A stretch of DNA of 64,000 bases from Synergistota bacterium (GTDB taxonomy: Bacteria > Synergistota > GBS-1). The stretch covers positions 318 through 64,317 of the forward strand of contig JAGHDO010000091.1 in the NCBI GenBank assembly GCA_021159885.1. Direction: 5' to 3'. The first letter of the stretch is position 1. Each line of letters opens with the position of its first letter. A program made the translations under genes and the position numbers. The notes beneath the pieces were generated by a model. That model had not been told where the DNA came from, searched no databases, and worked only from the letters and a program-made list of their open reading frames with translations. Below are positions 51,565-64,000 of this stretch, in pieces.

Positions 51565-54045
51565 ATGTTTTTCAGCTATTTTACAGAGAGAGCACGCAGG
51601 GTAATTAATAACGCGGCTCAAGAAGCGAGGAGTTTAAATCATGATTACGTTGGTACTGAGCACCTTCTCCTCGGGTTGACGAGGGAGAAGGATAGCGTTG
51701 CTGCGAGAGTTCTGGATAGTCTGGGAATAAGCCTTGATAAGGTTCGTCAGGAGATAGAGAGGATCATAGGAAGGGGGGAGGAAGAAGTTAGAGCGGAGCA
51801 GCTTCCATTAACTCCGAGGGCGAAGAGAGCCCTTGAGCTTGCGACTGCCGAGGCGCGAGCGTTAGGACACAACTACGTTGGGACAGAACACATTCTTCTC
51901 GGTTTAATAAGAGAAGGAGAAGGGCTTGCTGCCCAGATATTGATAAACTTAGGAGCTGATCTGGAAACGGTAAGGGAAAAGCTCCTTGATCTTCTTGAAA
52001 GCGAGGGGATTCCACACGCGGGCGGACCCCATCTGGGGAGAAAGCCCTCCTCGCGTAGAAAAACGAAATCATCAACGCCTACTCTCGATGAGTTTGGGGT
52101 AGACTTAACCAAACTCGCTAAGGAAGGGAAGCTTGATCCGGTTATAGGCAGGGAGAAGGAGATAGAAAGAGTGATCGAAATATTGAGCAGGAGGACCAAG
52201 AATAATCCTGTTTTGATAGGAGATCCGGGCGTTGGAAAGACTGCTATAGTGGAGGGCTTGGCTCAAAAGATAGTTGCAGGAGATGTCCCTGAGGTGCTGA
52301 AAAATAAGAGAATAATACAGCTTAATATGGCAAACCTCGTTGCTGGAACCAAATACAGAGGAGAATTTGAGGAAAGGATGAGAAGAATCCTTAAAGAGCT
52401 TGAGACATCGAGGGATGTCATACTCTTTATAGATGAGCTTCATACCGTTGTAGGTGCGGGTGCTGCCGAGGGAGCGGTGGATGCTGCAAACATTCTCAAG
52501 CCCGCTCTGGCAAGGGGAGATATACAGGTAATCGGCGCTACCACATTGGACGAATACAGAAAGTACATAGAAAAGGATGCTGCTTTAGAGAGGAGATTCC
52601 AACCTGTAATGGTTTCGGAGCCTACGGAGGAAGAAACGCGTGAGATATTAAAGGGGTTAAGGGACAAGTATGAGGCCCACCATAGGGTGAAGATCAGCAA
52701 TGAGGCTATAGATGCTGCTGCAAAGCTATCATCACGCTATATTAAGGATAGATTCCTCCCCGATAAGGCGATAGATCTCATAGACGAAGCTGCTGCTAAG
52801 GTTAGGTTGAAATCTGCTTTTGAACCGGAGGGAGTTAAAAAGTTGGAAAAAGAGCTTGAGGAAATAGCTAAGGAAAAGGAGGAAGCCGTTAAAAAGCAGG
52901 AATTTGAAAAGGCAGCGCAGTTAAGGGATAGAGAAAGAGAGCTGAGGAAGAAGCTTGAGGAGGAAAAGAAAAAATGGTCTGAGGAGAAGGGCAAGGAAGA
53001 GCCTGTTGTTACAGCGGAGGACATAGCTAATGTGGTTTCAGGCTGGACAGGCATTCCTGTGACTAAGCTTAGGGAAGAGGAAGCTGACAAGCTTACCAAG
53101 ATGGAGGAAATAATTCATAGAAGACTTATAAATCAGGACGAAGCCGTTAGAGCGGTATGCAGGGCTATAAGAAGAGCACGTGCTGGGTTGAAGGATCCCA
53201 AGAGACCTATAGGCTCTTTCCTTTTCCTTGGTCCGACCGGCGTTGGGAAGACCGAGCTTGCAAGAGCTTTGGCTGAGTTTCTCTTCGGTAGCGAGGAAGC
53301 GATGATCAGATTGGACATGTCTGAGTATATGGAGAAGCACTCGGTTGCGAAGCTTATAGGTGCTCCTCCTGGATATGTTGGGTACGAGGAAGGCGGACAG
53401 CTAACCGAAGCGGTGAGAAGGAGACCCTATTCAGTTGTGCTTCTCGATGAGATAGAAAAGGCACATCCAGATGTCTTTAACATTCTTCTTCAGGTTCTTG
53501 AGGACGGTAGGCTAACCGATAGCAAGGGTAGAACAGTTGATTTTAAAAACACGGTGCTTATAATGACATCTAACGTTGGTGCTGAGTATATAAGGAGCCA
53601 GAGCTCTCTTGGTTTTACAAAAAGCGAAGAGGAAGATTTTGAAAGAGTCAGAGAGAGGATAATGGATGCGGTTAAGAGAACGTTTAGGCCGGAGTTTTTG
53701 AACAGACTCGATGAGATAATCATCTTCAGAATGCTTAAGCAAGACGAAATTAAAAAGATCGTTGATCTTATGGTAGCTAAGGTGAACGAAAGGTTGAAAG
53801 AGCAAGGGATGGAAATAGAGCTTACGGAAAGCGCTAAGGAGTACTTAGCTAAGGTGGGTTATGATCCGATTTACGGTGCAAGGCCTCTAAGGAGAGCTAT
53901 TCAAAGACATATAGAGGATCCGCTCTCTGAGGCTATATTGAAAGGAGAGTTTAAAGAAGGGGATAAGATACTTGTCGATAAAGCGGAAAAGTCTGATGAG
54001 CTCAGATTTATAAAAAGGGAGAAGGAGAGAAAGGAGGGAGCTTAG
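51565..54045 (+). CDS. clpC: ATP-dependent Clp protease ATP-binding subunit ClpC
   Basis: Double Clp_N repeat; AAA1 GDPGVGKTA; UVR linker ([13 protein letters not shown]); AAA2 GPTGVGKTE. Confidence 0.95.
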   Translation: MFFSYFTERARRVINNAAQEARSLNHDYVGTEHLLLGLTREKDSVAARVLDSLGISLDKVRQEIERIIGRGEEEVRAEQLPLTPRAKRALELATAEARALGHNYVGTEHILLGLIREGEGLAAQILINLGADLETVREKLLDLLESEGIPHAGGPHLGRKPSSRRKTKSSTPTLDEFGVDLTKLAKEGKLDPVIGREKEIERVIEILSRRTKNNPVLIGDPGVGKTAIVEGLAQKIVAGDVPEVLKNKRIIQLNMANLVAGTKYRGEFEERMRRILKELETSRDVILFIDELHTVVGAGAAEGAVDAANILKPALARGDIQVIGATTLDEYRKYIEKDAALERRFQPVMVSEPTEEETREILKGLRDKYEAHHRVKISNEAIDAAAKLSSRYIKDRFLPDKAIDLIDEAAAKVRLKSAFEPEGVKKLEKELEEIAKEKEEAVKKQEFEKAAQLRDRERELRKKLEEEKKKWSEEKGKEEPVVTAEDIANVVSGWTGIPVTKLREEEADKLTKMEEIIHRRLINQDEAVRAVCRAIRRARAGLKDPKRPIGSFLFLGPTGVGKTELARALAEFLFGSEEAMIRLDMSEYMEKHSVAKLIGAPPGYVGYEEGGQLTEAVRRRPYSVVLLDEIEKAHPDVFNILLQVLEDGRLTDSKGRTVDFKNTVLIMTSNVGAEYIRSQSSLGFTKSEEEDFERVRERIMDAVKRTFRPEFLNRLDEIIIFRMLKQDEIKKIVDLMVAKVNERLKEQGMEIELTESAKEYLAKVGYDPIYGARPLRRAIQRHIEDPLSEAILKGEFKEGDKILVDKAEKSDELRFIKREKERKEGA

Positions 54046-54046
54046 C

Positions 54047-54913
54047 TTGCCAGGTACGTATTATGGATGGTATTTCTTAAACAATCTGTTCTGGTTCATA
54101 CTTCTTTTCCTGATACTTACTCCTATGATCAATCAGTGGAACCTTGAGAGAACGAGGCTTAGGTTGCTGCAATCGATTGAGAGAAGAAGGGGTAGCAGGG
54201 TTATAACATTGATCCATCGCCAGGAAAGTTTCTCCTTCTTAGGACTTGCTTTCTCAAGATTTATAAACATTGAGGACTCAGAGCAGATCTTAAGGGCTAT
54301 AAGGATGACACCGCAGGATATGCCGATAGATCTTATCGTGCATACGCCTGGAGGATTGGTACTGGCTGCTGAGCAGATCGCTTCTGCGCTTAAAAAGCAT
54401 AAGGCAAAGGTGACGGTTTTTGTTCCTCACTATGCTATGTCTGGTGGAACGCTGATAGCTCTGGCTGCGGATGAGATAGTAATGGATGAGAACGCTGTTA
54501 TGGGGCCAGTAGATCCTCAGCTTGGACAATATCCAGCCGCATCTATACTTAGGGTTCTTGAAAAGAAGGACATAAACGAGGTTGATGATCAAACGCTTAT
54601 ATTGGCTGACATAGCTAAAAAAGCAATAGACCAGGTTTATAAGTTCGTTTATTCTTTGCTTGAGGACAAGATGGGAAGCGAGAAAGCAGACAAGATAGCT
54701 CGTGCCTTAACGGAGGGAAGATGGACGCACGACTATCCGCTTACATACGATGAGCTTAAAGAGATGGGGTTACCTGTCTCTAAAGAGATGCCAGAGGAGG
54801 TCTTTGCTCTTATGGAGCTTTATCCTCAGACTTCTCAAAGGAGACCATCGGTTCAGTATATACCTTTGCCTTATCATAAGGAGGCTAATGGGAGAAGAGG
54901 AGATAATGCCTAA
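54047..54913 (+). CDS. Membrane-anchored Clp-fold serine protease (SDH / serine dehydrogenase proteinase family)
   Basis: N-terminal TM helix followed by ITLIHRQE...IDLIVHTPGGLVLAAEQIA...VPHYAMSGGTLIALAADEIVM, typical of the PF01972-like family. Confidence 0.7.
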   Translation: MPGTYYGWYFLNNLFWFILLFLILTPMINQWNLERTRLRLLQSIERRRGSRVITLIHRQESFSFLGLAFSRFINIEDSEQILRAIRMTPQDMPIDLIVHTPGGLVLAAEQIASALKKHKAKVTVFVPHYAMSGGTLIALAADEIVMDENAVMGPVDPQLGQYPAASILRVLEKKDINEVDDQTLILADIAKKAIDQVYKFVYSLLEDKMGSEKADKIARALTEGRWTHDYPLTYDELKEMGLPVSKEMPEEVFALMELYPQTSQRRPSVQYIPLPYHKEANGRRGDNA

Positions 54914-56252
54914 GGCTAAGGTAAGATATGTCTGTCAGAATTGTGGCTATGAGAGTATAAAGTGGCTTGGAAACTGCCCAGAGTGTGGAGCATGGGGGAG
55001 CTTCGTTGAGAAGACTCCCCCATTAACTTTATCGTCGTCTTCTTCAGCTGTGGCATCTCTTGGCGAGGTTTTAGCCAAAGAGGAAGAAAGGCTTTGCACA
55101 GGTATCGAGGAGTTTGATAGGGTCTTAGGTGGAGGAATCGTTAAAGGGTCTGTATCTCTTCTCGGGGGAGAACCTGGAGTTGGAAAATCTACGCTTTTGC
55201 TTCAGGTGGCAAATGCCCTTTCCCTGCAGGGGTTAAAGGTATTGTATATTTCCGCTGAGGAGTCACCGCGACAGGTAGCTTTGAGAGCGAAGAGGTTAGG
55301 CATTCGAGCGAAAAGCATATCTTTGCTTTCCGAGAGCGAGGTTGATACCGCGTTGGAGCTTGCGAATTCCTTGGAGGTAGATCTTATCGTAGTGGATTCT
55401 ATTCAGACAGTTAGGGCTTCGAATGTTAGCTCAGTACCCGGTTCTCCTTCTCAAGTTAGAGAGTGCGCTCAAAAGATATTTTCCTTCGCTAAAGAAAGGG
55501 GTGTATCGACGTTTATTGTTGGCCATGTTACCAAAGAAGGCGCTATAGCTGGTCCTAAGCTTCTGGAACATCTGGTAGATGTTGTGTTATACTTTGAAGG
55601 AGACAAGAGAATGCAATACAGAACATTGAGAGCAGTTAAGAATAGATATGGTTCCACTCTTGAAGTTGGAATATTCGAGATGACCTCATCGGGCTTAAGG
55701 GAGGTTAAAGACCCCTCAGCGATATTCTTAAGCGGTTTAGGTGGCGTGTCTGGTGCAGCCATCGGCGTTGTCATGGAGGGAGAGAGGCCTATTTTGGTAG
55801 AAATCCAAGCTCTGGTTGCTCCTACGTTTTTTCCCTATCCTAAGAGAATTTCACAGGGATTCGATTTCAACAGGCTTCAACTTCTGATAGCGGTTCTTGA
55901 GAAAAGGGTTGGGATTCCCCTTGGTAAATATGATGTTTACCTAAATATAGTTGGAGGATTGAGATCTAACGATCCCGCTCTTGACGTTCCTGTATGTTGC
56001 GCCATATTTTCATCGTATAGAAATACCCCTATTCCTCCTGGAAGAATATTTATTGGGGAAGTGGGGCTACTTGGCGAGGTAAGACCCGTTCCTTTCGTCT
56101 TTGCGCGTTTGAGGGAAGCGAGTCGTCGAGGCTTCAGAATAGCTTATATTCCGAAGGCGAGCGAGAATTTTCGCTTCGAAAGAGACATGGAAGTAGTGAG
56201 GGTTTCTCTTATCAAGGATATTATAAAGGGGATAAGAGAAGGCGGTGATTAG
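54906..56252 (+). CDS. radA: DNA repair protein RadA (Sms)
   Basis: Zinc ribbon YVCQNCGYES..W.GNCPECGAW, Walker A GEPGVGKST, KNRYG and a Lon-like C-terminal domain. ATG 54906 overlaps the upstream stop; the 52-codon extension in the track ORF is rejected. Confidence 0.95.
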   Translation: MPKAKVRYVCQNCGYESIKWLGNCPECGAWGSFVEKTPPLTLSSSSSAVASLGEVLAKEEERLCTGIEEFDRVLGGGIVKGSVSLLGGEPGVGKSTLLLQVANALSLQGLKVLYISAEESPRQVALRAKRLGIRAKSISLLSESEVDTALELANSLEVDLIVVDSIQTVRASNVSSVPGSPSQVRECAQKIFSFAKERGVSTFIVGHVTKEGAIAGPKLLEHLVDVVLYFEGDKRMQYRTLRAVKNRYGSTLEVGIFEMTSSGLREVKDPSAIFLSGLGGVSGAAIGVVMEGERPILVEIQALVAPTFFPYPKRISQGFDFNRLQLLIAVLEKRVGIPLGKYDVYLNIVGGLRSNDPALDVPVCCAIFSSYRNTPIPPGRIFIGEVGLLGEVRPVPFVFARLREASRRGFRIAYIPKASENFRFERDMEVVRVSLIKDIIKGIREGGD

Positions 56253-57581
56253 GTGAGAAAAGCCATATTGTGGATAGTTTTTTTAATGAGTGGTTTGCTT
56301 TTTGCTAACTTTTCTTGGGCTATGACCATATATAGAGTAGATATAAAAGGATTGATAAATCCTGTTACTCTTAAATATATTTCGAACTCCTTTAGGAGGG
56401 CCGAGGAAAGCAAGAATTCCGCTTTGCTTGCGATCATAGATACTCCTGGTGGGCTGGTCAGCTCCATGAGGCCTATAGTACAGGCCTTTTTAAATTCCGA
56501 TATTCCCGTAATTGCGTATGTTTATCCCAGAGGAGCGCGAGCAGCCTCTGCAGGGACATTTATTCTCCTTTCTGCCCACATTGCAGCTATGGCGCCTGGC
56601 ACAACGCTTGGTGCAGCTCATCCAGTGACTGTTGGCTTTGGGGGAGAAAAGAAAGAGAACAAGATTATGGAAGGAAAGATAGTCAATGATCTGGTTGCGC
56701 TCATAAAGGCGATAGCTAAGGAAAGGGGAAGAAACGAGAAGTGGGCAGAGATGGCTATAAGAACGAGTGCTACTTTGACAGCTGATGAAGCATTAAAGGA
56801 GAAAGTTATAGATATGGTTTCACCAAATATAGGTTCTCTTCTAAAGTCCCTTAATGGTAAAACGGTGAAGCTTTCCTCTGGCAAGGAAGTTAAGTTAGAC
56901 TTCGAGAGTTATAAGTTGATTCATTTAAAAATGCCGTGGCACGATAAGATTCTTCATCTAATAGGGGATCCGAATATAGCCTATGTGCTACTCTTTATAG
57001 GATTTTACGCATTAATCTTTGAAGTAACGCATCCAGGTGCAATTTTGCCTGGGGTCATAGGGGCGCTTTCTTTGATATTGTTTTTCTTCTCTTTTCAAAT
57101 TTTGCCTTTTAGCGTTGCGGGACTCATATTGATATTTTTAGGGATAGGACTGCTTATACTTGAGCTTTTTGTGGTTTCACATGGGGTTTTAACCATAGGA
57201 GGGACCGTGTCTCTTCTTTTAGGTTCTTTTATGCTCATGGGTGGAGGAAAAGAAGCGCCATACCTTAAAATATCCACTGGACTTATAATAGGGATGGTGG
57301 CGGCAACTGTGGTATTTTTCGCTTTCGCACTGAGCTTAGCGTTGTACGCTCAAAGGAGAAAGCCTATATCTGGCAGAGAGGGAATGATAGGAGAAAAGGG
57401 TGTGGTGAAAACGAAACTCTCACCACAGGGGACGATCTTGGTTCACGGTGAGTTGTGGAAGGCGGTTTCCTTAAACGGTGAGATTGAGGAGGGTGAGAGC
57501 GTGGAAGTTGTGGGAATCGATGGCTTAACCCTTAAAGTCAGGAGGGTTAAGAAGGAGGGAGGGGAGAAAGGTGTTTTATGA
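56253..57581 (+). CDS. NfeD-family membrane-bound Clp-class serine protease
   Basis: Signal/anchor, ClpP-like domain (IDTPGGLV...[10 protein letters not shown]), multi-TM region and a C-terminal OB-fold ([14 protein letters not shown]). Confidence 0.85.
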   Translation: MRKAILWIVFLMSGLLFANFSWAMTIYRVDIKGLINPVTLKYISNSFRRAEESKNSALLAIIDTPGGLVSSMRPIVQAFLNSDIPVIAYVYPRGARAASAGTFILLSAHIAAMAPGTTLGAAHPVTVGFGGEKKENKIMEGKIVNDLVALIKAIAKERGRNEKWAEMAIRTSATLTADEALKEKVIDMVSPNIGSLLKSLNGKTVKLSSGKEVKLDFESYKLIHLKMPWHDKILHLIGDPNIAYVLLFIGFYALIFEVTHPGAILPGVIGALSLILFFFSFQILPFSVAGLILIFLGIGLLILELFVVSHGVLTIGGTVSLLLGSFMLMGGGKEAPYLKISTGLIIGMVAATVVFFAFALSLALYAQRRKPISGREGMIGEKGVVKTKLSPQGTILVHGELWKAVSLNGEIEEGESVEVVGIDGLTLKVRRVKKEGGEKGVL

Positions 57582-58341
57582 TCTAAGCTCAATTATAGGG
57601 GTTCTGATAGTTATAGCTATAATGTTATCTTCGGCCTTAAAGGTGGTTAGGGAATATGAAAGGGGAGTGGTTTTTAGGCTGGGGAGGTTAATAGGTGCCA
57701 AGGGGCCGGGGCTGATAATTCTCATTCCTCTCGTGGACAAGATGGTTAAGGTTAGCCTGAGGGTGATAACCTTAGATGTACCAGTTCAGGAGGTCATAAC
57801 TAAGGATAATGTTCCTATTAAGATAAATGCGGTGGTTTATTTTCGCGTTCTCGATCCTATAAAGGCGGTTGTCGAAGTTGAGGATTACGTGATGGCAACC
57901 TCCCAAATTTCACAAACTACCTTAAGGAGTGTTGCAGGCCAAGTAGAGCTTGATGAGCTTCTTGCTCACAGAGAAAGGGTCAATCAGCGTCTGCAGAGCA
58001 TAATAGATGAGCAAACCGATCCTTGGGGTATAAAAGTGAGTATGGTTGAGATAAAGGACCTCGAGCTCCCGGAGGGAATGAAGAGAGCCATGGCACGTCA
58101 GGCTGAGGCGGAAAGGGAAAGGAGAGCCAAGATAATAAACGCTGAGGGAGAATTCCAAGCTGCTCAAAAGCTTTCTGAAGCTGCAGGAATTCTTGAGAGA
58201 TACCCGAAGGCGCTCCAGCTCAGGTTTCTTCAGACCGTTAGGGAGGTTGCAAGTGAGCGCAATTCTATGATAATATTCCCATTGCCAATAGATATACTCG
58301 ATGCGTTTGTCAGGAGGTGGGGAAAGGATGGGGAAAGTTAA
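57571..58341 (+). CDS. SPFH/band 7 (stomatin-like) protein
   Basis: An N-terminal TM helix is followed by [15 protein letters not shown]...ITKDNVPI..., the classic stomatin paired with NfeD. Confidence 0.9.
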   Translation: MFYDLSSIIGVLIVIAIMLSSALKVVREYERGVVFRLGRLIGAKGPGLIILIPLVDKMVKVSLRVITLDVPVQEVITKDNVPIKINAVVYFRVLDPIKAVVEVEDYVMATSQISQTTLRSVAGQVELDELLAHRERVNQRLQSIIDEQTDPWGIKVSMVEIKDLELPEGMKRAMARQAEAERERRAKIINAEGEFQAAQKLSEAAGILERYPKALQLRFLQTVREVASERNSMIIFPLPIDILDAFVRRWGKDGES

Positions 58342-58576
58342 GGTGTATTCGACTCCCGTTTGCCCATATTGTAATATGGCTAAGGAGTATCTTTCTCAGA
58401 AAGGGGTGGAGTATGAGGATATCGATGTAAGCAGGGATAGAGAAGCTGCCATGTATATGATAATGAAGACGGGACAGATGGGGGTTCCCGTAATAGAAAT
58501 ATGTGATAAGTTCATCGTGGGATATGATCCCCGTGCCATAGATGAAGCCTTGGAGGAATGCCAGCGAGAGGGATAG
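58328..58576 (+). CDS. Glutaredoxin-like protein (CPYC active site)
   Basis: [22 protein letters not shown]...GVPVI; about 82 aa from ATG 58328. Confidence 0.8.
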   Translation: MGKVKVYSTPVCPYCNMAKEYLSQKGVEYEDIDVSRDREAAMYMIMKTGQMGVPVIEICDKFIVGYDPRAIDEALEECQREG

Positions 58577-58613
58577 GGAGCAAAACTAAAATTCTCAAGG
58601 GAGGGATGGAGAC

Positions 58614-59159
58614 GTGAGAGAAGAGCTTCTCAAGCTGCTCCCGGAGATTAACTGGATCGAGGAGGAGGATCTCAGAGAGAAGGTCATTTCCACTTGGATC
58701 GAAGCACTTGAGAGAGGCGGGTGGAAACCCGAGGATACGAAAAAGATACCGTTCACCTTACTTCTTGAAGGTGTGGGAATAAGCTTTCTCGATCACACGA
58801 GGGCGGTGACCCAGATGGCGAAAGCTATTTGCGATATCGCGAAGGAGATTTATGGAGAAAAGATGCCTCTGAATAGGGACTATTTAATAGCTGGAGCTCT
58901 TCTTCACGATGTTGGTAAGCTTATGGAGTACGAGATAAAGGATGGTAAATATGTGCAAACCAAGATAGGCAAGACCCTAAGACATCCCTTCATCGGAGCT
59001 GCTTTGGCTTATCTTAATGGCTTACCCCCGGAGGTTGCCCATATTATCGCCTTCCATTCCCATGAAGGTGATCACGTTAAGAGAATCCCTGAGGCTATTA
59101 TAGTTAACAAGGCAGATTTCGTTAACTTCGATACGATTAAAGCGATAATGGGGAGGTGA
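58614..59159 (+). CDS. HD-domain protein
   Basis: H...HDVGK motif (LDHTRAV...ALLHDVGKL). Confidence 0.65.
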   Translation: MREELLKLLPEINWIEEEDLREKVISTWIEALERGGWKPEDTKKIPFTLLLEGVGISFLDHTRAVTQMAKAICDIAKEIYGEKMPLNRDYLIAGALLHDVGKLMEYEIKDGKYVQTKIGKTLRHPFIGAALAYLNGLPPEVAHIIAFHSHEGDHVKRIPEAIIVNKADFVNFDTIKAIMGR

Positions 59160-59165
59160 AGGAGA

Positions 59166-60431
59166 GTGGGCAAGACCATAATTGAGAAAATCGTTTCGGA
59201 AAAGCTTGGAAGGGATGTTAAGGCAGGAGAGAGGGTTTGGGTTCCCCTCGATCTCGTAGTTATAAGGGATTTTGCTGGGCCTAACGCGGTACTCCAGTTT
59301 GATGATGTTACGGGCGGAACCGGGAAGGTTTTCGATCCTGAGAAGATAGCCATCACCTTTGATTATCAGGCTCCGGCTAAGGTTGAGAAAGTGGCCAATA
59401 ATCAGAGGATCTGCAGGGAGTTTGCCGAGCGTCAGGGTATAAAGCATCTTTTCGATGTTAACACTGGTGTGGGACAGCATACGATACTCGAGGCAGGACT
59501 TGTGACTCCAGGAAGCGTGATAATAGGAACCGATAGTCACATGAATCTCCTGGGAGCGGTTGAGTCCTTCTCAACCGGGGTTGGAACCACCGATATAGTC
59601 GCGGGATTTATTCTTGGTAAACTTTGGTTCAGGGTTCCTAACAGTATAAAGATCATATTTAGTGGAAAGCTTGAGTACCCCGTTACTCCTAAGGATTTAA
59701 CCCTCTTTTATGTCAAGGAGATGGGAGGGGATGGAGCGAATTATCTTTCTGTGGAGTTCAGCGGTGAAGTCATAGATTCTCTTGATCTTGCAGGAAGGCT
59801 TACGCTTGCCAGTATGGTTACGGAAACGAGTGGGAAGATAGGATTGATGGTTCCAAATGATGATGTTAAAGCTTTTCTCAGGGAAAAGACAGGTAGAGAT
59901 TTCGATGGAATAGAGCCCGATAAGGATGCTGAATATCTTGAGATAAGAGAGTATGATGTTAGCAATCTTGAGCCTCTGATCTCATGTCCTCACACCCCGG
60001 AAAACGTTAAGAAGGTTAGAGAAGTTAAGGGTACCAAGATAGATGAGGTATTTATAGGATCGTGTACCAATGGGCGATACGAGGACTTCAAGGCAGCATA
60101 CGATTATCTGATGAAGGTAGGAAAGGAGTTCCATCCAAAGGTGCGCGTTATATTCACTCCATCCACGAGAGAAGTGGCTTTAAGACTCCTTGAGGAGGGA
60201 ATAGCCAAGGCGTTTGTTGAGGCGGGAGGTATAGTTACCAATCCGGGTTGTAGTCTATGCACCATAGGACATCACGGCGTTTTAGCTAGGGATGATGTCC
60301 TCTTAAGCACCTCCAATAGGAACTTCCAGGGTAAGCTTGGAAAGGGATCCTATGTATATCTGTGCAGTCCATTAACTGCGATAGCTTCTGCTATAACCGG
60401 AGAGATTACTGATCCGAGAGATTTGCTTTAA
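59166..60431 (+). CDS. Aconitase-family dehydratase large subunit (LeuC/HacA type), copy 1
   Basis: TDSHMN, IGSCTNGR, GCSLCTIGH and TSNRNFQGK cluster/substrate motifs; 421 aa. Confidence 0.9.
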   Translation: MGKTIIEKIVSEKLGRDVKAGERVWVPLDLVVIRDFAGPNAVLQFDDVTGGTGKVFDPEKIAITFDYQAPAKVEKVANNQRICREFAERQGIKHLFDVNTGVGQHTILEAGLVTPGSVIIGTDSHMNLLGAVESFSTGVGTTDIVAGFILGKLWFRVPNSIKIIFSGKLEYPVTPKDLTLFYVKEMGGDGANYLSVEFSGEVIDSLDLAGRLTLASMVTETSGKIGLMVPNDDVKAFLREKTGRDFDGIEPDKDAEYLEIREYDVSNLEPLISCPHTPENVKKVREVKGTKIDEVFIGSCTNGRYEDFKAAYDYLMKVGKEFHPKVRVIFTPSTREVALRLLEEGIAKAFVEAGGIVTNPGCSLCTIGHHGVLARDDVLLSTSNRNFQGKLGKGSYVYLCSPLTAIASAITGEITDPRDLL

Positions 60432-60445
60432 GGAGGTGTTTAAGA

Positions 60446-60949
60446 ATGGCTGTATTGAGGGGAAAAGCTTGGGTTTTCGGGGATAATATAGACACCGATC
60501 TCATTTACCATGGTAAGTACCTTCCCATAACCGATCCTGAGGAAATGGCAAAGCACGCAATGGAGTATGTTCCTGGAATGGAGAACTTCGCTAAGGAGGT
60601 TAAGCCTGGAGATTTAGTTGTAGCGGGGAGAAACTTTGGTTCTGGTAGCTCTCGTGAGCATGCCGTCTTATGCCTTAAGTATCTTAAGGTCGCTGGTGTC
60701 ATAGCTGAGAGTATATCGAGGATATACTATAGAAATGCGGTGAATAATGGTTTTATGATTCTTGAATGTCCTGATGTTACGAAAAAGGTCAAGACAGGTG
60801 ACGAGCTTGAAGTTGAGCCTGAGACTGGAAGAATAAAGAACCTTACGACGGGAGAGGAGTTCTATGCTCATCCAGTTTCCGGGTTAGAGAAGGAGATAAT
60901 GGAAAAAGGCGGGCTTATAGAGTACATAAAGTCGCAGATGGGAAGGTGA
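60446..60949 (+). CDS. Aconitase-family dehydratase small subunit (LeuD/HacB type), copy 1
   Basis: GKAWVFGDNIDTD, GRNFGSGSSREHA and YYRNAVNNG. Confidence 0.9.
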   Translation: MAVLRGKAWVFGDNIDTDLIYHGKYLPITDPEEMAKHAMEYVPGMENFAKEVKPGDLVVAGRNFGSGSSREHAVLCLKYLKVAGVIAESISRIYYRNAVNNGFMILECPDVTKKVKTGDELEVEPETGRIKNLTTGEEFYAHPVSGLEKEIMEKGGLIEYIKSQMGR

Positions 60950-60956
60950 GCTAAGA

Positions 60957-62219
60957 ATGGGAATGACCTTTGCTGAGAAAGTTTTGGCTAAAAAGGCGGG
61001 GCTTTCAAGCGTTAAACCTGGGGATATAGTTACTGTAGAACCAGATAGAGCTATGTCTCATGATAACGCTGCTCCTATCTCCAAGATCTTTAAATCCATA
61101 GGTGTTGAGAAAGTTTGGAATCCAGAGAAAATAGTAATAATTCTTGACCATGCTGTTCCTGCTCCTACTGATAAGCATGCCAAGAATCACAGGGATATAA
61201 GGAAATTCGTCGAAGAGCAGGGTATAAAATACTTTTACGATGTTAATTCCGATGGCGGAGTTTGTCATCAACTATTCTGCGAAGAAGGCTTTGCCTTACC
61301 AGGGCATGTGATAGTAGGGAGTGATTCCCATACCTGTACCTATGGGGCGTTCGGGGCTTTTTCCACGGGAATAGGCAGAAGCGAGATGGCTGCGGTTTGG
61401 GCCACTGGTCAAATATGGTTCAGGGTTCCCGAGAGCATGAAGATAGAGATCGAGGGGAGCTTTCCTGAGGGTGTTTATGCTAAAGATTTGATCCTCAAGA
61501 TAATAGGAGATATAGGTGCTGATGGAGCTGACTATAAATCGGTGGAATTCACTGGTAGTGCGGTCAAAGAAATGTCTATTTCTGAGAGAATGACGCTCTG
61601 TAATATGGTCATAGAAATGGGTGGTAAAAACGGCGTGGTAGAACCAGATGACAAAACGCTTTCCTATCTTCAGGGAATAGCAAAGGGGGATTTCGAAGTT
61701 ATAAAAGCAGATCCGGATGCGAGGTACGAGAAGATTCTTAAATATAATCTTTCTGAGCTTGAACCCGTTGTGGCTAAGCCTCATACGGTGGATAATGTTT
61801 CTCCTATTAAGGAGGTTGAGGGACTAAAGGTAGATCAAGCTTTTCTTGGAACGTGTACAAACGGGAGAGTTGAGGATCTTAGAATCGCTGCTCGGATTCT
61901 TAAGGGCAGGAGAATAGCTAAAGGAGTCAGACTCATAGTGATCCCTGCTTCTTGGAGGGTATATAAAGAGGCAATGAAGGAAGGGATTCTTGAGACTTTG
62001 ATCGAAGCTGGTGCTGTCGTTGGTCCTCCGGGTTGCGGACCTTGTATGGGAAATCACCTTGGCATTCTTGCACCTGGTGAGGTCTGTATAAGCACCGCAA
62101 ACAGGAACTTTAAGGGAAGAATGGGTAATCCGGAGTCCGAAATATACCTTGTGAGTCCTGCTACCGTTGCTGCATCTGCGCTTAGGGGAGTTATAACCGA
62201 TCCAAGGGAGGTGCTTTAA
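60957..62219 (+). CDS. Aconitase-family dehydratase large subunit (LeuC/HacA type), copy 2
   Basis: [24 protein letters not shown] and TANRNFKGR. Confidence 0.9.
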   Translation: MGMTFAEKVLAKKAGLSSVKPGDIVTVEPDRAMSHDNAAPISKIFKSIGVEKVWNPEKIVIILDHAVPAPTDKHAKNHRDIRKFVEEQGIKYFYDVNSDGGVCHQLFCEEGFALPGHVIVGSDSHTCTYGAFGAFSTGIGRSEMAAVWATGQIWFRVPESMKIEIEGSFPEGVYAKDLILKIIGDIGADGADYKSVEFTGSAVKEMSISERMTLCNMVIEMGGKNGVVEPDDKTLSYLQGIAKGDFEVIKADPDARYEKILKYNLSELEPVVAKPHTVDNVSPIKEVEGLKVDQAFLGTCTNGRVEDLRIAARILKGRRIAKGVRLIVIPASWRVYKEAMKEGILETLIEAGAVVGPPGCGPCMGNHLGILAPGEVCISTANRNFKGRMGNPESEIYLVSPATVAASALRGVITDPREVL

Positions 62220-62221
62220 CC

Positions 62222-62719
62222 TTGAAGGTTAAGGGAAGAGTCTGGAAATATGGTGATGACATAAATACGGATGTGATTTTCCCGGGGAAGTACACTTATA
62301 CGGTGCTGGATCTGGAGGAGATGGCAAAGCATGCTCTTGAGGATCTCGATCCTTCCTTCGCTAAGGAAGTAAAGCCGGGAGACCTAATAGTTGCTGGGAA
62401 AAATTTCGGGTGTGGAAGCTCGAGGGAACAAGCTGCTACCTGTCTCAAGGCGGCGGGTGTGGGAGCGGTCGTTGCGAAGAGCTTTGCACGTATATATTAC
62501 AGAAATGCCATTAATCAGGGGCTCCCCATCGTTCAATGTCCTGAAGTTTATGATGCCGTTGAGAAGGGGGACGAAATGGAGATAGATTTTGATAAGGGCG
62601 AGATAAGGACCTCTAAGGGAGACGTTTTTAGCTTCTCTCCTCTGCCCGAATTTGTCAGAGGGATATTAGAGGATGGGGGACTAATTCCGCACATAAAGAA
62701 GAAGCTCGGAAAGTCATAA
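62222..62719 (+). CDS. Aconitase-family dehydratase small subunit (LeuD/HacB type), copy 2
   Basis: [26 protein letters not shown] and YYRNAINQG. Confidence 0.9.
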   Translation: MKVKGRVWKYGDDINTDVIFPGKYTYTVLDLEEMAKHALEDLDPSFAKEVKPGDLIVAGKNFGCGSSREQAATCLKAAGVGAVVAKSFARIYYRNAINQGLPIVQCPEVYDAVEKGDEMEIDFDKGEIRTSKGDVFSFSPLPEFVRGILEDGGLIPHIKKKLGKS

Positions 62720-62726
62720 GGAGGAA

Positions 62727-64000
<1,274 letters not shown>

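Noticed and set aside
51788-53805. Series of 60-120-aa minus-strand ORFs
   Set aside because: All are antisense to clpC, and they are low-complexity (S/L/F-rich) shadows.
54750-54905. 52-codon N-terminal extension of radA in the ORF track
   Set aside because: The extension overlaps the conserved C-terminus of the upstream protease gene in another frame. RadA homology begins at MPKAKVRYVCQNCGYES (ATG 54906).
59022-61784. 172-aa, 94-aa, 162-aa and other minus-strand ORFs
   Set aside because: They are antisense to the HD gene and the aconitase-family large subunits, whose Fe-S and substrate motifs are intact on the plus strand.

Overview
Densely coding 64-kb chromosomal window with about 60 genes. 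I found no rRNA, tRNA, CRISPR array, transposase or integrase. The proteins are K/E/I/R-rich and the DNA is moderately AT-rich, which suggests a thermophilic bacterium. Operon synteny is Firmicutes-like (rpsF-ssb-rpsR-yybS-rplI-dnaB and ctsR-mcsA-mcsB-clpC-radA), but the window also carries signal-peptide binding proteins, a pseudopilin and a GT9 enzyme. LEFT (1-24.9 kb): a partial PPC/DUF296 gene and a minus-strand TRAP dctPQM operon; LivG/LivF/LivK-type ABC parts with no permease; histidine-utilisation genes that use the folate branch (hutU, glutamate formiminotransferase, hutI, formimino-THF cyclodeaminase); a frameshifted saccharopine-dehydrogenase-like gene; an M20 amidohydrolase and a HIT protein; yajC and secDF separated by an ABC_ATPase-family gene and an HD gene; a translationally coupled phasin-like / radical-SAM / flavodoxin trio; lysine 6-aminotransferase; and a minus-strand efp-epmA operon that runs without a gap into a coiled-coil protein carrying 3 x 42-bp in-frame repeats. 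MIDDLE (25-45.6 kb, accessory-looking): an archaeal-type AAA ATPase and a 734-aa orphan protein, followed by an all-plus-strand, tightly overlapping glycan island. The island holds two TPR-fused sulfotransferases, GT2/GT4/GT9 glycosyltransferases, RmlC-like/SDR/RmlD sugar enzymes, a manC remnant, a lone GspI-like pseudopilin and an 813-aa secreted beta-helix/FN3 protein with a Cys-containing C-terminal sorting-like tail. It contains no flippase, polymerase, exporter or priming transferase. A roughly 110-130-aa Rossmann-like module occurs four times in the island, twice stand-alone and twice fused to different GTs. RIGHT (45.6-64 kb): ribosomal/replication genes; the class III heat-shock operon with a textbook promoter and CtsR box; an SDH-type Clp-fold protease, radA, nfeD-stomatin, a glutaredoxin-like gene and an HD gene; two tandem LeuCD/HacAB-type dehydratase pairs; a CitG-like gene; and the start of a dihydrolipoyl dehydrogenase. 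My best candidate for an undescribed system is the exporter-less glycosylation-plus-sulfation island built around the secreted beta-helix protein, including the repeated module and the Cys-rich GT9. The radical-SAM trio and the efp-linked coiled-coil gene come second. Four genes are disrupted, three of them at homopolymer runs, so assembly error and real phase variation or decay must be separated before anything is over-interpreted. All family assignments rest on motif recognition by eye, with no database search run.
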